Source: Clostridiales bacterium (GTDB lineage: Bacteria > Bacillota > Clostridia > Oscillospirales > UBA644). Taken from it: a DNA stretch of 64,000 nucleotides. Below are positions 51,077-60,479 of this stretch, in pieces (the stretch's first letter is position 1; every line of letters starts with the position of its first letter). The notes below the pieces were generated by a model. That model was not told the origin of the DNA, did not search any database, and saw only the letters and a list, made by a program, of their open reading frames with translations. Location of the stretch: assembly GCA_016281915.1 (NCBI GenBank), contig JAEEJO010000012.1, positions 30,029 to 94,028 on the forward strand, given 5' to 3'. The position numbers and the translations under genes are program-made.

Positions 51077-51110
51077 AAACAGGAGCGACTTTCTGCCGCT
51101 CCTGTTTTTA
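51077..51110 (+). terminator. Rho-independent terminator after the P-II genes
   Basis: AAACAGGAGCG (51077-51087) pairs with CGCTCCTGTTT (51097-51107), running into T5. Confidence 0.75.
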
Positions 51111-51198
51111 TTAACGGAAATTTTTCAATAATCGTGAGGACTGTTTGTTTGCAAGTCCGCCTATATACGGGTGACGTTTTGGCGATCGGATATCAGGA

Positions 51199-52422
51199 TC
51201 AGTCTTTCCGGACAAAACCGAGTTCGATTTCCTGCAAAACCATGCCGTAAGCGCTGTCGGGCGGATTGGATGCAAGCTCGGTGCCGAGCCAGATTTTTGT
51301 AAAATTGCCGGAATAGCATATATACATTCTTTTTCCGTCCGCAGAAATGAATTTTGAAGGGAAGTTTACAAAATAAGCCTGCTCACCGAAATCCTTCATA
51401 TACGTTACAAGCTTCCACTCTCCCGTAAGACATTCGCTTTCAAGAATATACGTATTCATCCTTGAAACAGTGTCTCTTCCGTCTGTCACCGCCATAAAAT
51501 ACCGTTTCAGCGGCGCATTGTAGGTTACGGTAACGCAGCCCATATTGTTTTACCATTCAAGAAGAGGTTCAATTCTGCTGAAATCGCCGGTCTATACGGC
51601 GTTCCCGTTGCGGTCTTTTCCCGCATAGAACTCGTAGGCGGAGGGATCGTTGATTGTTTCGGGTGAAGGCGTGACCCTTATAAGATATATCTGGTCTCCG
51701 GTTATCCAGCTTAAATGCGCAAAGTTTTCCACCGCAACAGGATAGAATTTAAGGCTCGACCCGTGAGCGACAAGATACGCTTTCCCGTCCGGCGAATGAT
51801 CCATGTTTCTGCCGAAATCGACAAAATGAGGCGAACCGATTCTTACTGAGTAGCCTGCCAGTCCGTTTTCGCCGAAAATAGGCTTTTCGGGAGTATGCGG
51901 ACACGGAAGCCACGTTTTTCCGGGATCTTTTGAAATGCGGAATCCTACAAACGGGCCCAGATGGGGCCAGTTATATATTTTGTCTCCGTATTTCGTGGAA
52001 CCGTAGGGCGAAAGACAGTATGTGCCGTAATACCACACGCCGTTATAAACAAGGCTTCCTCAGGGATACCGTCCGCCGTAGGGATAGGTCGTTGCCGACT
52101 GATTTTCAAGCGATATCAGTTTAAGATCGAGCGGATCGTCGCCCTCCATAATCGCCTGTCCCGTCTGGGTTGTATAGTCTGCGATAATGCTTTCGTGGTT
52201 GTTGTAAACCCTCATTCCAGAACCGGAATGGACGCCTTCCGTCACGCCGTCGGTGAACGGAGAATAGCAGTTTCCGTCGCTCGCCCATGACGGATACCAC
52301 GTGTCTGCAACGGGGTAATGTCTGCTTTTACCGGTAAAGCGAATTTCGTTAAAAAGCTCCGACGATCTGAACGGAATATCCTTTGGCGGTTCACTTTTCC
52401 AAACAAACGGTTCAAACGACAT
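51199..52422 (-). pseudogene. Beta-propeller glycosidase-like gene (DUF4185-like) disrupted by three in-frame stop codons
   Basis: Track ORFs 52060-52422, 51592-52038 and 51199-51543 are all in one frame (408 codons). They are interrupted only by TGA (52060-52062), TAG (51592-51594) and TAA (51550-51552). The sequence is continuous across the stops (..GGRYP*GSLVYNGVWYYGTY.., ..NGNAV*TGDFSRIEPLLEW*NNMGCVTV..). Confidence 0.7.
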
Positions 52423-53840
52423 CAGTGATTCCCTGCTTTCTCAATAAAATCGTTATAAGACTTGTCAATATAACCCTGAACTTTTTCTTCAATTGAAGCA
52501 AACGCCTCGGCAGCCGTTTTATTGCCCCTGGTGATCTGTTGAAGAGCAGGTCTGATAGTGTTGTTAAAATCTACGAGGACCGAATAATCGTAGACCGCTG
52601 TATTGAGCATCTCTTCATAGTATTCGAAAGACCTGCTGCTGTAGAAATTGTTACGTTCAAAGGCATCCTGCCAGGTTTCCTCGGTCTCGCCCGGAAGCGG
52701 CTGAAAAAGATAAGGAAGAAGAACTTCGTGAACGCTCATATCGGAGTTTGCGGGTGCATAGAAAAATCTGCTCCATAAGCTGTATACGCTTCTGGCTTTC
52801 ATATCCTGTCCATGGGGACCTCTCGGGAAATATATCCATTCAAAGGGATGTTCTATCCTCGTGGCAAGATTGCCCGCGCCTTCATAGGCAAACGCTATAT
52901 GCGAATACTGAAGGAAAAATGCAGACCTGTCTTCAATAAAGTGAACGATATTGAATCTGTCCCCTATATCTACTATCAGATCTCTGTCAGAAAGACTTCT
53001 GACAAAATCCATTGCTTCGATCGCCTCGGGACTGTTGAGCGCGAATCTCATTTTTCCGTCTTCGCCTATTTCGGCAAGCTTTGCGTTGTTTGAATAAAGA
53101 ACGGACGTTTCAAGACAAACCTCATTGGTGTAGCCGCAACCGAAGGTCTGCTTGTTGATGTCGGGATCGGATGAATCTCTGACGGCTTCGCAGATACTTT
53201 CAAATGCCTGCCATGTCCACTCTCCCTGTTCGTCGAGCTCATGGGGCGACGGCTGCCTGAAATTGCTGAGGGTCACCGGATTAAACCACATGTTCAGCGC
53301 TATATCAGCAGGAGGCAATCCCCAGTAGTACGCCATAACGGAATAGTAGTCATCTCCGAATCTGCCCGCTTCGAGCGAGGGGTCAGGACCGTAAATTCCG
53401 CAGTGAAGATCTATGTCCATATCCGAAAAAGCATACATATATCCGTTTTGTATATAATTGTTTCCCCATATATTGGTCAACATTGAAAAGAGAAGATCTG
53501 CATATTTCCTGCCTACCGCCCAGTATGCCTGAAACAGGTTGAAATCAATGCCGTTCACGGGAGTAATCGTTATGTTGTATTTTTCCTCCGCATCCCTGTA
53601 ACGCTGAAGCAGTCTGTCGCCTCTTAAATCGGCACCGGGCTCGGGATTCATAGCATATGAAAGCGTGCCCGATCCATGGGCAGCGGCAGCTATAACATAT
53701 TCATAACCGAGAAGATCCGCTTCGTTTATGTCGATCTGCATGGCGTATTCGGGAACGGTTTCATTCCCGGCAGCAGAACACGCACCGAAAATTAAAATAA
53801 GAAACATTGCAAGAGAAACGAGTTTTATGCTCTTTTTCAT
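52422..53840 (-). CDS. Solute-binding-protein-like lipoprotein, diverged paralog D
   Basis: 472 aa with lipobox IFGAC|S. It retains SPHELDEQGEWTWQAFE and the family layout. Its stop overlaps the ATG of the downstream pseudogene (TGATG). Confidence 0.6.
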   Translation of the reverse strand: MKKSIKLVSLAMFLILIFGACSAAGNETVPEYAMQIDINEADLLGYEYVIAAAAHGSGTLSYAMNPEPGADLRGDRLLQRYRDAEEKYNITITPVNGIDFNLFQAYWAVGRKYADLLFSMLTNIWGNNYIQNGYMYAFSDMDIDLHCGIYGPDPSLEAGRFGDDYYSVMAYYWGLPPADIALNMWFNPVTLSNFRQPSPHELDEQGEWTWQAFESICEAVRDSSDPDINKQTFGCGYTNEVCLETSVLYSNNAKLAEIGEDGKMRFALNSPEAIEAMDFVRSLSDRDLIVDIGDRFNIVHFIEDRSAFFLQYSHIAFAYEGAGNLATRIEHPFEWIYFPRGPHGQDMKARSVYSLWSRFFYAPANSDMSVHEVLLPYLFQPLPGETEETWQDAFERNNFYSSRSFEYYEEMLNTAVYDYSVLVDFNNTIRPALQQITRGNKTAAEAFASIEEKVQGYIDKSYNDFIEKAGNH

Positions 53841-53877
53841 GATTTTATCCTCCTTATTCGGTTATCCTGTCAGCTAA

Positions 53878-53906
53878 AGTATAGCAATTATACAGGAAAA
53901 TGTCAA
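53878..53906 (-). promoter_or_regulatory. Promoter of paralog D
   Basis: Minus strand reads TTGACA (53901-53906), 17-nt spacer, TATACT (53878-53883). Confidence 0.6.
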
Positions 53907-54035
53907 TATTCCGGACAAAAAATGTTTCGTTTCAGGAGAACTTTTTTTTCATTGCTGTTTAATAAATTTCACTGTCTCTTTCGGCGATCCTTGTTTTAAC
54001 TTTTGTTATTTTTCCGCAGTTTTTTTCTTCATATA

Positions 54036-54064
54036 TTGACAACCTCCGATTAGTGTGATATTAT
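54036..54064 (+). promoter_or_regulatory. Promoter of paralog E (divergent from D)
   Basis: TTGACA (54036-54041), 17-nt spacer ending in TGa, TATTAT (54059-54064). Confidence 0.65.
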
Positions 54065-54161
54065 AGCAGCATAAAACAGGAAACAAAACACCCGTTTTTA
54101 ACTGCCAACGCGCCTGTCAGGCGATAAGAAAACAAATTTGAGCGGAAAGGAACACGGAACG

Positions 54162-55595
54162 ATGAAAACTGCGATAAAGACATTGATTCTTGTATTTTTG
54201 TCCATAGTTATTCTTGTTGCATGCGAAACCGGAGAACACGAAGTATTCGATCTTGATATGACTTTGCAAAACGAGAAAACAGACCTTGAAGGCGTAACCA
54301 TAAAGTATATGCGCAGAACCGGCGATCAGTCATTCAGTGCCGACGACGAACAGGTTCTGGGCTACGCAGTAAATACCGTGCTTGCAGATCTGGCAGTTCA
54401 AAGAATAAAGAACGTTCAGGACGATCTAAACTGTATACTGGATATCTCTTATTATTCAGACGGCTCTGTTGGAACTGATTTCAGAATGAGCATCGCTGCG
54501 GGAATGTATTTCTGCGATATATTCACGGGAGTTTCGGATACGTTCAGAAACAGCATGAAAGCAGGTGCGCTTGTCGGTCTTTCGGAGCTCGGTGATTATA
54601 TCGATTACCGCAATGAAAGCAAATGGGGCAATCGCAACGTTCTCGAAATACTTTACTGGAATGACGACGTTTTCGGATTGATTCCCGCCGCATGGCCTAC
54701 GTCGTCGGTTTCATACAGAGGACTGACTGTAGTTAACGAGGATCTTATCACCGCTCTGAACGCCGAAGATCCCCGCGATTTATTTGAAAGCGGAAAATGG
54801 ACGTGGGAGACGTTCCGCGAATGTCTTGAAAAATACTACGTTGAGGAAGGCGGCGAAGTGAAGCATTACGCCCTGTCTTCTTCCGGATCCGACCTGGGAG
54901 CGAACTATCTTCTTTCAAACGGGTTCCGTGTAGCGAAAAAAGGGCCCGACGGCAATTATCATTCGGGAATAACCGAACCTTCCGCTCTTGACGCCATGAA
55001 CGAAGCAAATTACGTTTTCAACGGCGCGCTTTCATTTACGGTAGATAAACGCGGAGGAAACACCACGCCGGTAGAAGCGCTTATTGCGGGCAAAACAGTG
55101 CTTGGCGTTATGCACTACGTTGAATACGTAACAAGCAATATTGCCAAGACAATGACGAATTTCGGGCTTTTGCCGTGGCCCTCGGGTCCGAACGTTGAGC
55201 CTGGATATATGGCTACGCATTATACTAATCTTGAAAACGTTATCGTTATTCCCCAGACTTCGCCGAATCTCGAGGCAACCGCTCTGACTCTTGACGCGCT
55301 TTATGAACCCTTTGAAGAATACCCCGATATTAACGCAGTAAAAGATCTTTTATATCACACCTACTTTTTTGACCGCCGCGACGCTGACATCTATTTCGGA
55401 ATGTTCCTTAACACCCAGTTCACGGCACTCGGCGCTCCGACGAATGTAGCACTCGGCGAATGGGTCGTAAGCAGACAGGCGCCTTCGGAATTTATAGAGT
55501 CAAACATAACAAGCCTGGAAGAATACATAGAAGAAGAAGTTGCGCCCTCCAAAAAAGCGATCGATTTTATATGGGGCAGCGAACAGCAGAATTAA
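54162..55595 (+). CDS. Solute-binding-protein-like lipoprotein, paralog E
   Basis: Start set to the ATG at 54162 (MKTAIKTLILVFLSIVILVAC|E), after GGAAAGGAA. Shares YIDYRNESKWG, DPRDLFESGKWTWETF, NFGLLPWPSGPNVEPGY, LYEPFEEYP and YFFDRRDAD with A, B and F. Confidence 0.7.
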   Translation: MKTAIKTLILVFLSIVILVACETGEHEVFDLDMTLQNEKTDLEGVTIKYMRRTGDQSFSADDEQVLGYAVNTVLADLAVQRIKNVQDDLNCILDISYYSDGSVGTDFRMSIAAGMYFCDIFTGVSDTFRNSMKAGALVGLSELGDYIDYRNESKWGNRNVLEILYWNDDVFGLIPAAWPTSSVSYRGLTVVNEDLITALNAEDPRDLFESGKWTWETFRECLEKYYVEEGGEVKHYALSSSGSDLGANYLLSNGFRVAKKGPDGNYHSGITEPSALDAMNEANYVFNGALSFTVDKRGGNTTPVEALIAGKTVLGVMHYVEYVTSNIAKTMTNFGLLPWPSGPNVEPGYMATHYTNLENVIVIPQTSPNLEATALTLDALYEPFEEYPDINAVKDLLYHTYFFDRRDADIYFGMFLNTQFTALGAPTNVALGEWVVSRQAPSEFIESNITSLEEYIEEEVAPSKKAIDFIWGSEQQN

Positions 55596-55780
55596 AAGCG
55601 TGAAAACCGCGGATGGGGCGAATGCGATCGCACAGTATCACTTTATAAAAGGGATGGAATGACCATGGCAGATATCAGCATTAAATTCGGCACCCCGAAC
55701 CGATAAAATTCAGGGAATATGACAAAAATCATCCGGAAATCGATCTCGATCTGGAGGTCAGGGCCGCGGGAACGTCCGTT

Positions 55781-56338
55781 GTGTCTGCTTATGACGGCAG
55801 TTTATATTGCACCGATGAGGAAATCGTTTCAAAAACAAGAAAAATCATCATGGAATCACTTGCGGAACGCATTAAATCATGGCCTGAGGGTGTGTCCTTC
55901 TGGAAAAAGGGAACAAAAGAAGTGCTTGAAAAGCATATCGATGAGCGACTTTCCGAACACGGCATAACCGCGAAAACGGTTCTTTTTTCCTTTGTCCTCA
56001 CGCCAGAATCACGAGAGCTTTACGACGCCGTGGTAAAACACGCGACCGAGCAGCGATGGCCTGTCGATATACTAGATCGCTACAGGGGCGTAATTGAAGG
56101 AAATGAAGGACAGCCCAAAATCGGCACATCCGATTCAGTCCGTCCTCCTATGGGCAAAAATCCGTTCACCCCTTCGAGCAATGACGAAGGATTCACGGTC
56201 GGCAAAAATGCGGTTATCGGAATCGTCCTCAATGGCAGCCCGATCAATACGTCCGGCGCACAATACTGCAGTAGCTGCGGTGCAAAGCGTGAAGGCAACG
56301 CGAAATTCTGCACTGAGTGCGGCGCTGAATTTGATTAA
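55781..56338 (+). CDS. SPFH/Band-7-like (YdjI-type) C-terminal fragment with a double zinc ribbon; probably a truncated or frameshifted gene
   Basis: C-terminal YCSSCGAKREGNAKFCTECGAEF. The reading frame is open upstream to 55685 without a good start. A short ATG ORF at 55665 (MADISIKFGTPNR*) would join it after a 1-nt change in a C-run. Confidence 0.45.
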   Translation: MSAYDGSLYCTDEEIVSKTRKIIMESLAERIKSWPEGVSFWKKGTKEVLEKHIDERLSEHGITAKTVLFSFVLTPESRELYDAVVKHATEQRWPVDILDRYRGVIEGNEGQPKIGTSDSVRPPMGKNPFTPSSNDEGFTVGKNAVIGIVLNGSPINTSGAQYCSSCGAKREGNAKFCTECGAEFD

Positions 56339-56412
56339 GTATAATTCCTTTGAGACATTGCCGTCTTACGGCGACGATCGTTTTCAAAAAAACAGTATGC
56401 GGATAATAATAT

Positions 56413-56445
56413 CGGCTGAGAGCAAAACTCTCAGCCGTTTTTTTT
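56413..56445. terminator. Terminator between convergent genes
   Basis: CGGCTGAGAG (56413-56422) pairs with CTCTCAGCCG (56428-56437), followed by T8. Confidence 0.75.
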
Positions 56446-57505
56446 ATATAAGTTTGTCAAGCAGCGGATAAATCCGTTCAAAGAAACGGTAAAAGCCCAG
56501 ATCGGTAGGGTGACATGTATCGACGGTGCAGGTGCGGAGAGGATCATCGCCGAATATCGATCTGCCGTCGATGAAATAAACGTTTTTATCGCCGCGCGAC
56601 AGCGCGTTTTCATACGTTTTTCTTATTATATCACGTCTTTCCGCAAACGATTCTTCCGCCGCAAGATCAACGTTTAATACGTCCGGTTTTGATATGATTA
56701 TCACAGGCGTATCCGGATGCGCATTGCGCACTGTGAGGAAAAACGGTTCATGCGTTCGTGAAAGATGCTCAGCGTCGGGCGCGTTATGATCGTAGTCAAG
56801 GACGAATACGGACATTTCAAGTCCCGCTATATACCTGGCAACGCTCTGCTCCCCTTTTGCCGAGCCCGAGAAACCGAGATTTATGTAGTCGCAGTCGAAC
56901 GCACGCGACAGCATCGCCTGGTAGCTGTTGCCCGGTCTTGACGCGCATCCGCCCTGAGTGATAGACGAACCGTAATAAACTATCGGTATCTGCCGCCTAT
57001 ACTCGGCAGGTCTCTCAAACGAGGCTTTGTCGGAAACGCCTATAAAAAGCTTGTCAACGTCGTTGTAAAGCGGAAAATCTATTATAAGATCCTGCATACC
57101 CCCCGGCGTTTTCAATACGTTTTCATAGCCGTGCGGACAGTTGAACGGCGGTATGAACGTACCGACAAACTCATATTTTTCTCCGCGGATCCTGTACATA
57201 TCAAAGCCGCTTACGCCGGTGCCCGCCATATGCGAAAAGCAGCATTGCGCGCCCCATTCCGCGTGTATCGCCACATACGGCGAATCGGTGCGTAATCTCA
57301 GCCTGACGCCTGCGGTATTCGTCGCGAGAGCGGCTACGCCGTCGTTCGCCTTTTCCGCAACTTCTGTTGGCAGTCTTCTGTAAGGCGTAACGGAACAGCA
57401 GCCGTAAATGCGGAAATCCGGGCTGTCAGCCGTTCGCCATACGATATCGTCCATTCTGACCGTTTCTTCGACTTTAAGATTTTTATCTATTTCAGATATA
57501 TGCAT
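56444..57505 (-). CDS. SGNH/GDSL hydrolase (acetylesterase-like) with an N-terminal beta-sandwich domain
   Basis: 353 aa. Block I is YYGSSITQG (catalytic Ser), with GFSGSAKGE further on and, near the C-terminus, DTCHPTDLG (the DxxH-type block). Confidence 0.75.
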   Translation of the reverse strand: MHISEIDKNLKVEETVRMDDIVWRTADSPDFRIYGCCSVTPYRRLPTEVAEKANDGVAALATNTAGVRLRLRTDSPYVAIHAEWGAQCCFSHMAGTGVSGFDMYRIRGEKYEFVGTFIPPFNCPHGYENVLKTPGGMQDLIIDFPLYNDVDKLFIGVSDKASFERPAEYRRQIPIVYYGSSITQGGCASRPGNSYQAMLSRAFDCDYINLGFSGSAKGEQSVARYIAGLEMSVFVLDYDHNAPDAEHLSRTHEPFFLTVRNAHPDTPVIIISKPDVLNVDLAAEESFAERRDIIRKTYENALSRGDKNVYFIDGRSIFGDDPLRTCTVDTCHPTDLGFYRFFERIYPLLDKLI

Positions 57506-57532
57506 ATGATTCTCCTTCTCACTGTTTTTTTA

Positions 57533-57561
57533 ATTCTACTCTATTCGCGGCGCTTTGTCAA
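57533..57561 (-). promoter_or_regulatory. Promoter of the SGNH esterase gene
   Basis: Minus strand reads TTGACA (57556-57561), 17-nt spacer, TAGAAT (57533-57538). Confidence 0.6.
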
Positions 57562-57621
57562 TACCGTCGCGCCATACTGAAAGAAAACGTCACGCCTTCA
57601 CAACGGAAATATGATCATTTA

Positions 57622-57671
57622 CCCGAAAAAGGATACAACAATGGCATCCGTCTTCTTGAGCGGACGCCATT
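57622..57671 (-). terminator. Probable terminator after the 590-aa gene
   Basis: Imperfect stem AATGGCGTCCG/CGGATGCCATT on the minus strand, followed by GTTGTATCCTTTTT. Confidence 0.45.
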
Positions 57672-57706
57672 TATGAACAGTATTAGTTTTACGGCTGAAA
57701 ATATGA

Positions 57707-59479
57707 TCAGTCAGTTATTTTTTTAAGCTCCGGAATTACCTCTGCCAAAGTAAGAAGGTTACTCGTTTCGGACCAGCAGCTGCCGTTGAAAACGCCACCG
57801 ATACAGCGGTCATCTTCCCAGTCAGACATATTCACCCTTTCGTTTATAAAGCCTTCCGGCAGTATATGCGGTGAATCGGGACATTTTTTGTCATTTTCGT
57901 TTGAGTCCCAGTCATATATCGGATCTTCCGAAGTAGACATATACTGACCGATAGTAAGCGCAATATCTCTGATCAGTTCAAGGTATAATCTGTCTTTGGT
58001 TATGCGCCATAATTTAAGAAGACTGTCTCCCGAAAGCGTGCAGATACCGGGCGCGGAATGCTTGTTTTGAATATTTGCGAATACGCTGCCCACGGTTTTC
58101 ATGCCATGTCTTGCAAATTCAGAGCCTTCAGGGAACCGATAGTTATAGCTTACGACCCAGCTGCTGCAATAGTGGGCGCATTCACAGGCATAATCAAGCC
58201 ATTTGCCGTCGTGCGTCGTTTCGTAAAGGATGACGAAGCTTTCGAGAAGTCCGAAAGCGCTCTCGCTGTCAACGCCCTGAAGTATTTCACCGGGTCCTCC
58301 GCTCGTGAAGCCTTTGCTCAGGAATTCGCGGTAATAACGTTCTGCGCTCTCTTCTGCGGTGACAAGGTATTTTTTGTCGCCGAAATACGTATATGCTCTT
58401 GCGAGACCTGCAGGGGCAATTCCTGCAGAAACTGATCCGCCGGCTATTATATCTCCTGATTCAATATCAACAAAATGACCGAACTGTCCGTATTTTTCGT
58501 GAAGTCGAACAAAGGCATCGGCTGTTTTTTTCGCGCCTGTTATAAAACCTTCCGGAATGCTTATATTTCTCTCTTTCATCAGATCAAAATGCTTGAAAAG
58601 GAAATACAGAACGTCTGCCGATTTTCTTATAAGATGCCAGTTATCCTCGCCCTCAACGCTGAAAGCATCGCCGTATGAGATTCCGTCGGCATCAATAACG
58701 CCTTCAAAAAAGCCGCTTTTTCCCTGCGTTGAAAACAGGAAATAAAGAGTTTTCATTTCGCGCTCCGCTTCGGTTTTTCCTCCGAGACGCATAAGCGCGT
58801 ATCCGCTCAGCGTTCCCCCCGTCCATCCGGGCTGCCAGACCTGAAAACGTGTTCTGTCCGTGCCGACCATATATATACCGAGCTTTTCATCCCAGTTCAT
58901 TGCATTGAATTTTTCTACCTGTATTACCGCCTGGCGTTCGTGAGGCATAACATCTGGTCTTGAAGAATCCATACCCATTATTTTTCTGTTTTCGAAGAAT
59001 GTTCTGAAAAATTCCGCAAGGCTGCTGCAGCAAAAATCAATTATCTTATACGGAATTTCCGCAGGCAGGTCTTTCCATGGCACCGGATTTTCAAACGTGC
59101 GCGTCATGCGATATATTTTTTCTCTTTTTGCAGGCCACGACAAGGTGATACTGCCTTTTTCATATGCAAGTCCGATATTTTGCCCATCGATCTGCTGAAC
59201 GGTGAATACCAGGATGCCTCTCTTGAGTTTTTTTGAAAAAACGCCTACGCACGGTGTCGCAGCGTCGCCTGTTGTTACCTCTATTTTACCGCTGCCGTCA
59301 GGTTCAAGCCTGGGAACGTCCGTTATCGTGTTTTGCATTTCGACGTCCGCATCTCCCGGACGGAACATCGGCGGATAGCCGTATTTAAGTGTTCTGAACT
59401 GATTGCCCGCATAGCAGCAGGCGGGAATGAAAACGTAATTGTCTTCGGATTCAAAAATAGGTATATTCTTTAATGCCAT
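57707..59479 (-). CDS. Hypothetical 590-aa cytoplasmic protein, possibly an alpha/alpha-toroid glycoside-hydrolase-like enzyme
   Basis: A long clean ORF with no signal peptide. The C-terminal ~350 aa are rich in helix-pair-like segments. No family motif was recognised with confidence. Confidence 0.4.
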   Translation of the reverse strand: MALKNIPIFESEDNYVFIPACCYAGNQFRTLKYGYPPMFRPGDADVEMQNTITDVPRLEPDGSGKIEVTTGDAATPCVGVFSKKLKRGILVFTVQQIDGQNIGLAYEKGSITLSWPAKREKIYRMTRTFENPVPWKDLPAEIPYKIIDFCCSSLAEFFRTFFENRKIMGMDSSRPDVMPHERQAVIQVEKFNAMNWDEKLGIYMVGTDRTRFQVWQPGWTGGTLSGYALMRLGGKTEAEREMKTLYFLFSTQGKSGFFEGVIDADGISYGDAFSVEGEDNWHLIRKSADVLYFLFKHFDLMKERNISIPEGFITGAKKTADAFVRLHEKYGQFGHFVDIESGDIIAGGSVSAGIAPAGLARAYTYFGDKKYLVTAEESAERYYREFLSKGFTSGGPGEILQGVDSESAFGLLESFVILYETTHDGKWLDYACECAHYCSSWVVSYNYRFPEGSEFARHGMKTVGSVFANIQNKHSAPGICTLSGDSLLKLWRITKDRLYLELIRDIALTIGQYMSTSEDPIYDWDSNENDKKCPDSPHILPEGFINERVNMSDWEDDRCIGGVFNGSCWSETSNLLTLAEVIPELKKITD

Positions 59480-59536
59480 ACAGCGTCAATCTCCTTTACC
59501 GTTACTGCCCGGCAATGCCGAACAGTCTTTTTACGT

Positions 59537-59566
59537 ATTATATCACACATAGGGCAAAAAAATCAA
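59537..59566 (-). promoter_or_regulatory. Promoter of the 590-aa gene
   Basis: Minus strand reads TTGATT (59561-59566), 18-nt spacer ending in TGa, TATAAT (59537-59542). Confidence 0.5.
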
Positions 59567-59697
59567 CCCCTTTTTGGTCGGAAGGTGTCCTTAAAAAGTA
59601 TAAAGAGATATCGTCTTAACCGCATTTAAGTGAAATATCTCACTTTTCTGCGCTGTCGTCGATAACGCTCTTTAGATGACGCCGATATTAAGAGCAG

Positions 59698-59726
59698 TTG
59701 ACAAACGGGATAAAATGTGTTATGGT
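59698..59726 (+). promoter_or_regulatory. Promoter of the HD-domain / acetyltransferase unit
   Basis: TTGACA (59698-59703), 17-nt spacer ending in TGt, TATGGT (59721-59726). Confidence 0.55.
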
Positions 59727-59806
59727 TATTATAATTAAAAACATGTATTATTGAAATCAGACCGTAAAAAAGGTCAGTCTTGTTTGACTGACCCGGAGGA
59801 TAACAG

Positions 59807-60463
59807 ATGAATTATGAAAATGTTAAAAATGACGAAGCGGTGCGGACCTATGTAAAGGCAGCGGACGAAAGTCTTGCAATGCTGGGATTTACCGAGCACA
59901 GCTTTGCCCACGTTACCGCGGTAGCCGAAAAGACGGGGTATATCCTTGAAACGCTCGGTTATCCGCAGAGAATCGTTGAACTCGGAAAAATAGCAGGTCT
60001 GCTGCATGATATAGGCAATCTGATAAACCGTGTTGACCACAGTCAGAGCGGAGCGATGATGGCGTTTCGTATCCTTGACCATATGGGTTTTCCGCCCGAA
60101 GAGATCGCAATGATAGTTTCTGCCATCGGCAACCACGATGAAGGAACCGGCGTTCCCGTAAGTCCTCTTGCGGCGGCGCTCATTCTTGCAGATAAGTCTG
60201 ATGTCCGTCGCAGCCGCGTAAGGAATACCGAGCTGACGAACTTTGACATTCACGACCGCGTAAACTATTCGGTCACAAAAGCCGAGCTGAAAATCAATGA
60301 GGCTCATTCGCTGATAAAGCTTAAACTGCAGGTCGATACCCGGGTAGGTTCCGTAATGGAATACTTCGAGATATTTATGGAGCGAATGATACTCTGCAGA
60401 AAAGCGGCAGAAACACTCGGGCTGAAATTCAAGCTGATGATAAACGAGCAGCAGCTTATTTAA
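59807..60463 (+). CDS. HD-domain phosphohydrolase
   Basis: 218 aa with H..(AH)...LLHDIGN...H...HD, matching the HD superfamily metal ligands. Confidence 0.75.
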   Translation: MNYENVKNDEAVRTYVKAADESLAMLGFTEHSFAHVTAVAEKTGYILETLGYPQRIVELGKIAGLLHDIGNLINRVDHSQSGAMMAFRILDHMGFPPEEIAMIVSAIGNHDEGTGVPVSPLAAALILADKSDVRRSRVRNTELTNFDIHDRVNYSVTKAELKINEAHSLIKLKLQVDTRVGSVMEYFEIFMERMILCRKAAETLGLKFKLMINEQQLI

Positions 60464-60479
60464 GATCGGGGAAGGCTTT

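Noticed and set aside
51550-52062. Stop-codon recoding (selenocysteine, an alternative genetic code or programmed read-through) as the explanation for the in-frame stops in the DUF4185-like gene.
   Set aside because: All three stop types (TGA, TAG, TAA) occur in this one gene. The same codons terminate well-supported neighbouring genes, e.g. TGA for CotH and lipoprotein D, and TAA for paralog A. I saw no SECIS-like hairpin directly after the TGA. Nonsense mutations or sequencing errors are the simpler explanation.
55637-55644. GCGATCGC palindrome (a HIP1-like octamer) downstream of paralog E.
   Set aside because: It is a single occurrence in a non-cyanobacterial context with no repetition in the window, so most likely chance.
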